Shown here: positions 46,246 through 55,170 of the stretch, one piece after another | How the letters are laid out: every line of letters starts with the position of its first letter | Position numbering within the stretch: the stretch's first letter is position 1 | Origin: Vicinamibacteria bacterium | Lineage (GTDB): Bacteria; Acidobacteriota; Vicinamibacteria; Vicinamibacterales; UBA8438 | NCBI GenBank assembly: GCA_022820825.1 | Contig: JAJEEU010000075.1 | Coordinates: 21,723-85,722 of the forward strand | Direction: 5' to 3' | Length of the DNA: 64,000 bases | Position numbers and translations under genes: made by a program | Notes under the pieces: generated by a model | Seen by the model: the letters and a program-made list of their open reading frames with translations, nothing else | What the model was told of the DNA's origin: nothing | Databases searched by the model: none

Positions 46246-48162
46246 ATGCCTGACGTTTATGAACAGACCTACCGGCGCGCGCAGGAGGATCCGGAAGCGT
46301 TCTGGGCCGCCGCGGCCGAACCGCTGTACTGGCACCGCCGCTGGAGCACGGTGCGCGACGACTCCCGCCCCCCGTATCACCGCTGGTTCGCGGGGGGGCA
46401 GCTCAATACCTGCCACAACTGCCTGGACCGCCACATCGAGCGCGGCCGCGGCAGGCAGCTCGCGCTCGTTTACGACAGCCCGGTTACCGGCTCCGTCCGC
46501 CGCTTCACCTACAGCGAGCTGCGCGACGCCGTGGCGCGGGTCGCCGGCGCCCTGGCGGCGCAGGGTGTGACCGCGGGCGACCGCGTGATCATCTACATGC
46601 CGATGGTGCCGGAAGCGGTGATCGGCATGCTCGCCTGCGCGCGGATCGGCGCGGTCCACTCGGTGGTCTTCGGAGGGTTCGCGCCGAAGGAGCTGGCGGC
46701 GCGCATCGACGACGCCAGACCGAAGCTGGTGCTGTCTGCATCGTGCGGCATCGAGGTCAACCGGGTCGTGCCGTACAAGCCCCTGCTGGACGAGGCCATC
46801 GAGCTCTCTTCGCACAAGCCCGACCGCGTGGTCATACTGCAGCGGCCGCAGGCGCAGGCGGAGCTGGTTGCCGGCCGCGACGTCGATTGGCGTGCAGCGT
46901 GCGACGGCGCGGAGCCCGCGGACTGTGTGCCGGTAGCGGCGACCGATCCGCTCTACATCCTCTACACGTCCGGCACCACGGGCATCCCGAAGGGCGTCGT
47001 GCGTGACAACGGCGGCCATGCCGTCGCCCTCAACTGGAGCATGGAGCACGTCTACGGCGTCGGCGCCGGCGAGGTGTACTGGGCCGCCTCCGACATCGGC
47101 TGGGTCGTCGGCCATTCCTACATCGTTTACGGCCCGTTGTTGCGCGGCGCCACGACCATCCTGTACGAAGGCAAGCCGGTCGGCACACCGGACCCCGGCG
47201 CGTTCTGGCGCGTCATCGCGGAGCACGGCGTCAACGTCCTCTTCACGGCGCCGACAGCCTTCCGGGCGATCAAGAAAGAGGACCCCGACGGGCGGTTCAT
47301 GGGGCAGTACGACCTGTCGCGGTTCCGGACGCTCTTCCTCGCGGGCGAGCGGTGCGATCCCGACACGCTGGTCTGGGCGCGCGAGCGGCTGGGCGTCCCG
47401 GTGATCGACCACTGGTGGCAGACGGAGACCGGCTGGGCCATCGCCGCCAACTGCGTCGGCCTGGGGATGTTGCCGGTCAAGCCGGGGTCGCCGACGCGGG
47501 CCGTGCCCGGCTTCGACGTCCGGGTTCTGGGCGAGTCGGGAGAGGAGCTGCCTGACGGCGACATCGGCGCCATCGTGCTGAAGCTGCCGCTGCCGCCCGG
47601 ATGCCTGCCGACCCTGTGGAACAACGACGCCGGCTACGAGCGCTCGTACCTGTCGCGCTTTCCGGGCTGCTACCTTACCGGTGACGCCGGCTACCGCGAC
47701 GACGACGGCTACCTCTACATCATGAGCCGCGTCGACGACATCATCAACGTGGCGGGGCACCGGTTGTCGACCGGCGGCATGGAGGAGGTGCTCGCCTTCC
47801 ACCCGGACGTCGCCGAGTGCGCCGTCGTCGGGGTCGCCGACGCGATCAAGGGCGAGATCCCGATCGGCTTCGTCGTGACGAAGGCCGGCGTCGCCCGCGG
47901 GGAGGCGGAGATCGTCCCGGAACTGGTGGAACGGGTCCGGGAGTCGATTGGCCCGGTCGCCGCCTTCAAGACCGCCGCGGTCGTCCCGCGCCTCCCCAAG
48001 ACGCGCTCCGGCAAGATCCTGCGCGGCACGGTGAAGAAGATCGCCGACGGCCAGCCCTACAACGTTCCCGCCACCATAGACGACCCCGCCATCCTCGACG
48101 AGATCGCCGCCGCCCTGTCGAGGCTCGGCTATCCGAAGCAGCGCACGGCATCCAACGCTTGA
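46246..48162 (+). CDS. prpE: propionate--CoA ligase (acyl-CoA synthetase, Acs/PrpE family)
   Basis: 638 aa. AMP-binding motif ILYTSGTTGIPKG, DIGWVVGHSY, and the C-terminal lysine region PKTRSGKILR. The N-terminus resembles PrpE more than Acs. Confidence 0.8.
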   Translation: MPDVYEQTYRRAQEDPEAFWAAAAEPLYWHRRWSTVRDDSRPPYHRWFAGGQLNTCHNCLDRHIERGRGRQLALVYDSPVTGSVRRFTYSELRDAVARVAGALAAQGVTAGDRVIIYMPMVPEAVIGMLACARIGAVHSVVFGGFAPKELAARIDDARPKLVLSASCGIEVNRVVPYKPLLDEAIELSSHKPDRVVILQRPQAQAELVAGRDVDWRAACDGAEPADCVPVAATDPLYILYTSGTTGIPKGVVRDNGGHAVALNWSMEHVYGVGAGEVYWAASDIGWVVGHSYIVYGPLLRGATTILYEGKPVGTPDPGAFWRVIAEHGVNVLFTAPTAFRAIKKEDPDGRFMGQYDLSRFRTLFLAGERCDPDTLVWARERLGVPVIDHWWQTETGWAIAANCVGLGMLPVKPGSPTRAVPGFDVRVLGESGEELPDGDIGAIVLKLPLPPGCLPTLWNNDAGYERSYLSRFPGCYLTGDAGYRDDDGYLYIMSRVDDIINVAGHRLSTGGMEEVLAFHPDVAECAVVGVADAIKGEIPIGFVVTKAGVARGEAEIVPELVERVRESIGPVAAFKTAAVVPRLPKTRSGKILRGTVKKIADGQPYNVPATIDDPAILDEIAAALSRLGYPKQRTASNA

Positions 48163-48234
48163 ACCACGGAGGGGACGGCAAGCAGGAAAGGCGACCTTCC
48201 CCGCTGATAGAATAGGCTTTCGGCCGGCCGGTGA

Positions 48235-48309
<75 letters not shown>

Positions 48310-48317
48310 TTACTTGG

Positions 48318-48478
48318 ATGGGGCTGCGCCCCAAACCCCCGGCAGGCGCTAGCGGGGACCCCATAGCCCCGCGCCGTGCGCGGCTGTTCCTCGCTCACAT
48401 ACTCGCAAGTATGCTCGCTAGTCAGCCGGGCGCCTGACCGGTCTCGGTGCGACGCGGGGTTTCACCACGGGCTGCTAG
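48318..48478 (+). repeat. chimeric repeat copy D (type-1 left part plus type-2 right part)
   Basis: The left ~70 nt matches copies A/B/C (ATGGGGCTGCGCCCCAAACCCCCGGCAG...). The right ~95 nt matches element E, including the terminal GGGGTTTCACCACGGGCTGCTAG. It begins 8 nt after tRNA-Gly and ends on the PMM stop codon. Confidence 0.75.
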
Positions 48479-49833
48479 CCCCTGATGAACGCCAGCACCT
48501 CGTCGCGCTTCTGCTCCATCATCTCGGGGGTCTCGGCTTCGAGGTTCAGGCGCAGGAGCGGTTCGGTGTTCGACGGGCGCACGTTGAAATGCCACGTCGG
48601 GTACTCGACCGAGACGCCGTCCATGCGGTAGACGTGCGCGTCGCGGTGGCGCTCGGCCAGCGCGTCGATGGTGGCGGCCACCGCGGACATGTCGGCCATC
48701 TCCGTGTTGATCTCGCCGGAGATGAAGTACTTCTCGCGCAGCGGCGCCAGCAGCTCGCTCAGCGTCCGGCGTTTGACAGACATCAGCTCCAGGATCAGCA
48801 GGGCCGGAATGAAGCCGTTGTCGGCGAAGAAGTTGTTTCGGAAGTAGTAGTGCCCCGTGACCTCGCCGCCGAACGCCGCGTTCTCCTCGCGCATCCTTTT
48901 CTTGAAGAACGCGTGGCCTACGCGGTTCATCAGGGCGACGCCACCGCCAGCGGCGACCGTGTCCTTCACCGCGTAGCTGGCGCGCACGTCGTAGACGATG
49001 GCCGCGCCGGGCTCCTTGCGCAGGAACGCTTCCGCCAGCAGCGCGGTGATGAAGTCGCCGGCGATGAACTCGCCGTCGCCGTCGACGAAGAAACAGCGGT
49101 CCGCGTCGCCGTCCCACGCCACGCCTGCATCGGCGCCGTCCGCCACGACGCGCTCGACCAGGTCGCGCCGGTTCTCCTCGAGGAGCGGGTTCGCCTGGTG
49201 GTTGGGAAACGTGCCGTCGATGTCGAAGCAGAGCCGGCTCGTCCGGCACGGCAGCCGGTCGAACAGCGGCGGCGCCACGAGCCCGCCCATGCCGCTGCCG
49301 GCGTCCAGGACGAGATTGAACGGCCGTATCACCGCCGGATCGATGAACGACAGCACGTGGTCGACGTAGTCGTCGAGCAGGCGCGCTTCCGTGCGCCGGC
49401 CGCGCGCTGCGCCGTCCGGAATCCGGTCGCCGAGAATCATCGTCCGGATGTCGGATATCCCCGCGTCGCCGCTCAGGGGCAGCGCCTGCCGCCGAACGAG
49501 CTTCATGCCGTTGTACTGCTTGGGATTGTGCGAGGCGGTGATCTGCGCGCCGCCATCGAGCTCGTCGCGCGCAACCGCGTAGTAGAGCATGTCGGTGCCG
49601 AGCATGCCGAAGTCGACCACGTCGGCGCCCTGGTCGAGGGCGCCGTCGGTGAAGGCGGCGGCGAGCGCCGGCGAGGAGACGCGCATGTCGCGAGACACCG
49701 CAATGCGTCCCGCACCCAGGTAGGCCACGTAGGCCCGCCCGATGCTGTAGGCCAGGTCCTCGTCGAGCTGGCCGGGGTAGAGCCCCCGGATGTCGTACGC
49801 CTTGAAGATGCCGGGGTCTATCTTCTTCATCAT
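48475..49833 (-). CDS. phosphomannomutase / phosphoglucomutase
   Basis: FKAYDIRG, the active-site Ser loop TASHNP, and Mg loop DGDADR. 452 aa. Confidence 0.9.
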   Translation of the reverse strand: MMKKIDPGIFKAYDIRGLYPGQLDEDLAYSIGRAYVAYLGAGRIAVSRDMRVSSPALAAAFTDGALDQGADVVDFGMLGTDMLYYAVARDELDGGAQITASHNPKQYNGMKLVRRQALPLSGDAGISDIRTMILGDRIPDGAARGRRTEARLLDDYVDHVLSFIDPAVIRPFNLVLDAGSGMGGLVAPPLFDRLPCRTSRLCFDIDGTFPNHQANPLLEENRRDLVERVVADGADAGVAWDGDADRCFFVDGDGEFIAGDFITALLAEAFLRKEPGAAIVYDVRASYAVKDTVAAGGGVALMNRVGHAFFKKRMREENAAFGGEVTGHYYFRNNFFADNGFIPALLILELMSVKRRTLSELLAPLREKYFISGEINTEMADMSAVAATIDALAERHRDAHVYRMDGVSVEYPTWHFNVRPSNTEPLLRLNLEAETPEMMEQKRDEVLAFIRG

Positions 49834-50891
49834 CAGATCTGGCTGTACGCGGTGACGACCGAATCGTCACCCAGGACGGCGCCCGGGCCGACGACGGCAT
49901 TTGCTTCGATGCGCGTCCGCCGGCCGAGCACCGCGCCGCGCACGGTCGCGCCTGCGCCGACCACGCAATCCGGCCACAGGATGGAGCCGTCGACCACCGC
50001 GTTCTCCTCGACGGCGGCGGATGTGCCCACCACGCTGTTGGCCAGGACGGCGGCGCCGGCCGCCACCCGCGCGCCGGCCCCGACAAAGCTGGGCGCCTCG
50101 ACGCGCGCCCCAGCATCGACAGCGGCGGCGGGATCGACCAGCGGCGCCTCGGTCGCGCGGTCCTCGAAGGGGTGCGCGGCGCAGCGGCCGGACATGATGT
50201 CGCGGTGCACTTGCACGTACTTCCCGATGGTGCCGATGTCTATCCAGTAACCGCGCTCGACGTACGCGACGAAAGGCTCTCCGCGCTCGACCAGGGACGG
50301 GAAGTAACGCCGCTCGATCGAGTACCTGGTGGCGGGGGGAATGCGGTCGAACGTATCGGGCTCCAGCACGTAGATGCCGGCGTTGATCGTGTCGCACGTT
50401 ATCTGATCCGGGTCCGGCTTCTCGCGAAACGCCTGCACGTTGCCGGCGGCGTCGGTTTCCACGAGGCCGTACGCGGACGGGTTGTCGACAGGCGTCAGAA
50501 CGATCGTGGCGCGCGCGCCGCGGGAGCGGTGCAGATCGACGACGGCGCGGAGGTCGATGCGCGTCAGCACGTCGCCGTTGAAGACGACGACGGTGCCGTC
50601 CAGGTGCGGCTCGGCGAACTTGACGGCCCCGCCGGTGCCGAGCGGCTGCGGCTCGACCAGGTAGCGGATCCGCGGTCCGCCCGCGCCCCGCTCGGCCGCT
50701 ACGCGCTCGATGGCGTCGGGCTGGTAGTTGAGGCTCAGTATGACTTCGTCGATCTCCGGGAGCCGGGCGAGCAGGTCGAGCTGATAGTGCAGGAACGGCC
50801 GGTCGAAGATCGGCACTGCGGCCTTCGGCGTGCGGAGCGTGAGCGGGCGCAGGCGGGTGCCGAAGCCGCCCGCCAGCAGGATGGCCTTCAC
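49833..50891 (-). CDS. NDP-sugar pyrophosphorylase (mannose-1-phosphate guanylyltransferase-like) with C-terminal left-handed beta-helix
   Basis: The N-terminus VKAILLAGGFGTRLRPLT is the nucleotidyltransferase signature. The C-terminal hexapeptide repeats follow it. GTG at 50891 is preferred to the TTG at 50906. Confidence 0.85.
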   Translation of the reverse strand: MKAILLAGGFGTRLRPLTLRTPKAAVPIFDRPFLHYQLDLLARLPEIDEVILSLNYQPDAIERVAAERGAGGPRIRYLVEPQPLGTGGAVKFAEPHLDGTVVVFNGDVLTRIDLRAVVDLHRSRGARATIVLTPVDNPSAYGLVETDAAGNVQAFREKPDPDQITCDTINAGIYVLEPDTFDRIPPATRYSIERRYFPSLVERGEPFVAYVERGYWIDIGTIGKYVQVHRDIMSGRCAAHPFEDRATEAPLVDPAAAVDAGARVEAPSFVGAGARVAAGAAVLANSVVGTSAAVEENAVVDGSILWPDCVVGAGATVRGAVLGRRTRIEANAVVGPGAVLGDDSVVTAYSQI

Positions 50892-50944
50892 GCGATCAGA
50901 GTACAATACGGCCCACAGGCCGCACGGCCGTCCGGCCCGAGTGC

Positions 50945-51559
50945 GTGATGAACCTGCCCAACACCCTCACCCTTGCGCGCATCTTCCTGGTGCCGCTGCT
51001 CGTCGTCGTGCTCCTCACCCGTTTCGAGGCGCAGCTCATCCTCGGCGTCCCCAAGGAAGTGATTGGGGCGGCAATCTTCGGGCTCGCCGCGTTCACCGAC
51101 TGGCTCGACGGCTATGTGGCCCGCCGCCGGCAGCAGGTGACGGCGCTCGGCCAGTTGATGGATCCGCTGGCCGACAAGCTGCTGATTACCGCCGCGTTGA
51201 TCTCGCTCGTGCAGATGGGGCTGGCGCCGGCCTGGATGGTCATGGTCATTCTCGGCCGCGAGCTGGGCGTCACCGTGCTGCGCAGCCTCGTGCACTCGCG
51301 CGGCGTCGTCATCCCGGCGTCTCCGCTCGGCAAGGTGAAGATGGTGGCGCAGGTCGTCGCGATCCTGCTGCTGATGCTGAGCAACCAGGTGTGGCTGTTC
51401 CTCGTGCCCGGCCTGATCGCCCTGTGGGTGGTGCTGGCGGTTGCGCTCTGGTCCGCTGCCGACTATTACCGGCGCTACAACCGCGTGCTGTCGAATTCCA
51501 ACGTGGCCAGCTTCGAGGCGGCGCGCCGGCGCGCGGAGCAGTCGCGGCGCGCCGGCTGA
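50945..51559 (+). CDS. pgsA: CDP-diacylglycerol--glycerol-3-phosphate 3-phosphatidyltransferase
   Basis: CDP-alcohol phosphatidyltransferase motif DWLDGYVARRRQQVTALGQLMDPLADK. About 200 aa, multi-TM. Confidence 0.9.
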   Translation: MMNLPNTLTLARIFLVPLLVVVLLTRFEAQLILGVPKEVIGAAIFGLAAFTDWLDGYVARRRQQVTALGQLMDPLADKLLITAALISLVQMGLAPAWMVMVILGRELGVTVLRSLVHSRGVVIPASPLGKVKMVAQVVAILLLMLSNQVWLFLVPGLIALWVVLAVALWSAADYYRRYNRVLSNSNVASFEAARRRAEQSRRAG

Positions 51560-51580
51560 CGGCCGTGCGCCGCGCCGACC

Positions 51581-52378
51581 CTACCGTTCGGCGGCCTGCG
51601 CGCTGAGACGAAGGTCCGCCAGGCTCTCCGTTGCGTCTTCCGCGAACTCCGACTGCGGGTACTCCTCCAGCAGCCGCTCGAACCACTCCAGCGCCTCGTC
51701 CTCGCGCTCGGACTTCTGGAGCGAGTCGGCCATGTAGTAGTAGACGGCATCCCGCCCGGTGAAGGTCGGATCCTCTCTGAGGATCTGTTCCAGCCGGTCG
51801 ATGGCCCCCGGATGCCAATTCCTGCGGTGGTAGTAGCGGGCGATCACGAGGTACGACTCGGAGAGCCGGTCGCGCGCCTCGCGCAGGCTGTTCTCCACCT
51901 CGGACCGCAACGGGCTGTTCGGGTAGCGCTCCAGGAACAGCTCGAACTCGACCATCGCGTTGCGCGTGTCCGCCTGGTCGCGCTCGGGCCGGCGCATCTG
52001 CAGGAAGTAGACCATGCCGAGCCGGTACTGGGCGTAGTCCGCGCGGTCGTGGGTCGGATACTGGGCCAGGAAATCGCGGAATTCCGTGAGCGCGGAGATG
52101 TACGCCTCGATCGAGCCTTCCGCGATCAGCGAGTCGCCGATGCCCAGCCGCGTCTCGGCCCGCAGCGGGCTCTGCGGATAGTTGTCGCGTATCTGCAGGA
52201 AGTGCTCCCTGGCGCTCCGCCAGTTGCCCTCCGCCAGCAGGTTGGTGCCGCGCTCGAAGAGGATGTTGTCGGCGCCGACCGTCGCCAGCGGGATCTCGGG
52301 TCCGGCGTCGCCGCCGCACGCGGCGGCAAGCAGCGCCACGGAACCGATCAACGCTACGAGCCTGTTGCGGACAGCCAT
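51581..52378 (-). CDS. bamD: outer-membrane protein assembly factor BamD (TPR lipoprotein)
   Basis: Lipobox LLAAAC. TPR-like repeats with ...FLQIRDNYPQSPLRAE..., ...FLAQYPTHDRADYAQYRLG... and ...FLERYPNSPL..., typical of BamD/YfiO. Confidence 0.8.
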   Translation of the reverse strand: MAVRNRLVALIGSVALLAAACGGDAGPEIPLATVGADNILFERGTNLLAEGNWRSAREHFLQIRDNYPQSPLRAETRLGIGDSLIAEGSIEAYISALTEFRDFLAQYPTHDRADYAQYRLGMVYFLQMRRPERDQADTRNAMVEFELFLERYPNSPLRSEVENSLREARDRLSESYLVIARYYHRRNWHPGAIDRLEQILREDPTFTGRDAVYYYMADSLQKSEREDEALEWFERLLEEYPQSEFAEDATESLADLRLSAQAAER

Positions 52379-53295
52379 GCGTACTCTGCAGTAATCCCCT
52401 GTTCCAGAGTAACAGATGGAGCGTATCCGAGATCGCGCCGGGCGCGGCTCGTGTCGGCCCAGGTATCGCGCATGTCGCCCTTGCCGCCGGCTTCGCGCCG
52501 GACGGTGGCCGTGCGGCCGGTGCAGCGGGCCATCTCGGCGAGCGCGTCGGTCAGCGATACGCGCGATCCGCCGCCGATGTTGTAGACCTCGCCCGGCGCC
52601 CCGCGGTGTCCGGCGGCGATGGTCGCCCGCACGGCATCCCCCACGTACGTGAAGTCGCGCGTCTGCGCGCCGTCGCCGTACAGGGTGACGGGGGAGCCGT
52701 CGCGCAGCGCGGCGAGGAACCGGTGGAACGCCATGTCGGGGCGCTGGCGCGGGCCGTAGACCGTGAAGTAGCGCAGCGAGACGGTCGGCAGGCCGTAGGT
52801 GCCGTGGTAGATGCGGCACAGTTGCTCCGCGGCCAGCTTGGTCGCGCCGTACGGCGACACGGGTTGGAGCGGCGCATCCTCCCGCAACGGCAGCCTCGCG
52901 CCGTCGCCGTACACGGACGAGCTGGAGGCGTGCACGAAGCGCTGCAGCGGCGCGTCGCGGCAGGCTTCGAGCAGTACCTGGGTGGCGTCGATGTTGTGCG
53001 CCGTGTAGACGCGGAAGTCGCGGCCCCAACTGCCGCGGATGCCCGCCTGCGCGGCGAGGTGGAATACGTGCGTGACCCCCGCCAACAGCGCCGGCCAGTC
53101 GGCCGCCTGGATCGTGCTTTCGACGAAGCGGAAGTCGGCCCGGCGCCGGAGCGCGGCGAGGTTGGCCTCCTTCAGGTCGCGCGCGTAGTAGTCCGTGAAG
53201 CAGTCGAGACCGACGACGGACGCGCCGTCCGCGACGAGCTGTTCGGCCAGGTGCGAACCGATGAAGCCCGCGGCGCCGGTGACGAGCGCGATCAC
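52354..53295 (-). CDS. NAD-dependent epimerase/dehydratase (extended SDR)
   Basis: VTGAAGFIGSH Rossmann motif, catalytic YxxxK (YGATKLAAE), and FTVYGPRQRPDMA typical of UDP-sugar 4-epimerases. Confidence 0.9.
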   Translation of the reverse strand: MIALVTGAAGFIGSHLAEQLVADGASVVGLDCFTDYYARDLKEANLAALRRRADFRFVESTIQAADWPALLAGVTHVFHLAAQAGIRGSWGRDFRVYTAHNIDATQVLLEACRDAPLQRFVHASSSSVYGDGARLPLREDAPLQPVSPYGATKLAAEQLCRIYHGTYGLPTVSLRYFTVYGPRQRPDMAFHRFLAALRDGSPVTLYGDGAQTRDFTYVGDAVRATIAAGHRGAPGEVYNIGGGSRVSLTDALAEMARCTGRTATVRREAGGKGDMRDTWADTSRARRDLGYAPSVTLEQGITAEYAWLSATGS

Positions 53296-53687
53296 GCCAG
53301 CACCGCCCGTATGTCCGCCGGCAGCCGCCGCGGTCGGCCTTGCAGATCGACGGCCGCGTGCACGGTGCGCCCCTCGGCGAGCGCGGCGCCGTCCGCGTTG
53401 CGGCGCACCGCGTACGTGAACTCGACCCGCGCGGGGGAGAGCAGCGCGCCGCTCGTCCGAATCTCCAGATCGTCGTCATAGCGCGCGGGCGTGCGGTACT
53501 CGCAGCGGGCCGCGATTACGGGCAGCATCACCCCGCGCGCCTCCAGGTCGCGGTAGGTGCTGCCGAGCGCGCGCAGCAGATCGCAGCGTGCGACCTCGAA
53601 CCAGACGAAGTAGTTGGCGTGGTACGCCACACCCATCTTGTCGGTCTCGGCGTAGCGCACCCGCACCGTGGTGGAGGAATCCGGCAC
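53292..53687 (-). CDS. acyl-CoA thioesterase, YbgC/4HBT (hotdog) family
   Basis: VRVRYAETDKMGVAYHANYFVWFE is the canonical 4HBT/YbgC N-terminal motif. 131 aa. Confidence 0.85.
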   Translation of the reverse strand: MPDSSTTVRVRYAETDKMGVAYHANYFVWFEVARCDLLRALGSTYRDLEARGVMLPVIAARCEYRTPARYDDDLEIRTSGALLSPARVEFTYAVRRNADGAALAEGRTVHAAVDLQGRPRRLPADIRAVLA

Positions 53688-54361
53688 TACTGGATGGAGG
53701 GCGCCGGCGCGGCGGCCTGGCGCAGGCGGCGGGTCGCTGCAGCGGGGTCGCCCGCGCCGAAGATGGCGGAGCCGGCCACAAGGATGTCGGCGCCGGCCTG
53801 AACGACGCGGGCGGCGTTGTCGGGCTGGATGCCGCCATCCACCTCGATGGCCGCGCGGCTGCCGGCACGCTCGAGCACGGCCCGCACGGCGGCGATCTTG
53901 TCCACGCTGCCGTCTATGAACCGCTGCCCGGAGAACCCGGGGTTGACGGACATGACGAGCACGAAGTCGGGCAGGTCGGCCACGGGTTCCAGCGTCGCCG
54001 CGGGCGTCGACGGGTTCAGCACGACGCCTGCCTGCACCCCGAGGTCCTTGATCGCGGAGAGCGTGCGGTGGAGGTGCGGCGAGACCTCGGCGTGCACGGA
54101 GATCATCGCCGCACCGGCCCTGGCGAAGGCGTCGATGTGGCGCTCCGGCTCGACGATCATGAGATGCACGTCGAGCGGCACGCGCGCGACCGCGGCCAGC
54201 GACTCCATTACCGGAATGCCGACGGTGATGTTCGGCACGAACCGTCCGTCCATGACGTCGACGTGCAGCAGGTCCGCCCCGCCCGCTTCGGCCGCGGCGA
54301 CCTCCTCTCCGAGCCGCGCGAAGTCGGCCGCGAGGATCGACGGCGCAATCCGCAGGCTCAC
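53687..54361 (-). CDS. rpe: ribulose-phosphate 3-epimerase
   Basis: IAPSILAADFARLGEE..., HVDVMDG.FVPN, and MSVNPGFSGQ.F motifs. 224 aa. Confidence 0.95.
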   Translation of the reverse strand: MSLRIAPSILAADFARLGEEVAAAEAGGADLLHVDVMDGRFVPNITVGIPVMESLAAVARVPLDVHLMIVEPERHIDAFARAGAAMISVHAEVSPHLHRTLSAIKDLGVQAGVVLNPSTPAATLEPVADLPDFVLVMSVNPGFSGQRFIDGSVDKIAAVRAVLERAGSRAAIEVDGGIQPDNAARVVQAGADILVAGSAIFGAGDPAAATRRLRQAAAPAPSIQ

Positions 54362-55092
54362 TGGCTGACCTCCAGCGAGATGGGTTCCCCCGGGGCGATC
54401 TGGAACCCGGCCTGCGGCGCCTGCCGCAGCACGATGCCCGCCGGCAGGCCGTCGTACGGGTGATCGCCGACCACGGTCACGCGGAAGCCGCCCGCCCGCA
54501 GCACCTCGGCCGCCGTCGTCGCGTCGACACCGATCAGATCGGGCATGACGTAGGTGCTGTCGCGCTCGCCCCGGTTGACGAGCAGCCAGACCGCCTGTCC
54601 GCGACCCCCCGGAGGCGATTCCTGAGCCACGACCGCATCTGGCGGATACCGGGCGGAGCGGATTTCGGCCACGCCCTGCAATGCAAACGAGGCCTCTGCC
54701 AGGCGTTGCCGCGCCGCACGCTCGGACGCGCCGATCAGCGTCGGCGCAGCGCCCGGGATCAGCCCGGAGCTGAGCCAGATCTTGACGCTGCGGCCGCGCC
54801 GGGTGACCACGCCCGGACCAGGGTCCTGGTCCGCCACGCGTCCCGCCGCGATCGACTGATCCACCCGCCGGATGGCTTCGATACGGAGCGCCAGGTCAGT
54901 GGCGGCGACCGTCGCCGAGGCCTCCTCGGGGGTGAGGTTCGTCAGGTCGGGAACGGCCACCTCCCGGCTCTCCAGCGCAAGCTGCAGGCCGAGCAGCGCG
55001 AACAGCGCGTATGCCAGACCGAACGCTCCCAGCAGGACGACCGCCTTGCCGATCCCGAGGAGCACGCTGCGGCTCTTCCTGCGGCGCGCCAT
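54358..55092 (-). CDS. membrane-anchored protein with three PASTA domains and no kinase or PBP domain
   Basis: N-terminal TM helix, then three ~65-aa repeats beginning VPDL/ PTLIG/ MPDLIG with the PASTA-like pattern (...V....Q.P..G........V.L). Confidence 0.75.
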   Translation of the reverse strand: MARRRKSRSVLLGIGKAVVLLGAFGLAYALFALLGLQLALESREVAVPDLTNLTPEEASATVAATDLALRIEAIRRVDQSIAAGRVADQDPGPGVVTRRGRSVKIWLSSGLIPGAAPTLIGASERAARQRLAEASFALQGVAEIRSARYPPDAVVAQESPPGGRGQAVWLLVNRGERDSTYVMPDLIGVDATTAAEVLRAGGFRVTVVGDHPYDGLPAGIVLRQAPQAGFQIAPGEPISLEVSQ

Positions 55093-55170
55093 CGCTGCAT
55101 GGAAGTGTACCGCAACTGCCCCGCACTTCTCACCAGCCTTCTGCCGCGGCCGCCGATCCGCGCGCGGCGG

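Noticed and set aside
46200-46247. The longer start (ATG at 46247) for the small Cys-rich protein, which would overlap the prpE start codon back to back.
   Set aside because: It adds a hydrophilic 16-aa extension before the TM helix and leaves no room for either promoter. The ATG at 46199 is preferred, though this is unproven.
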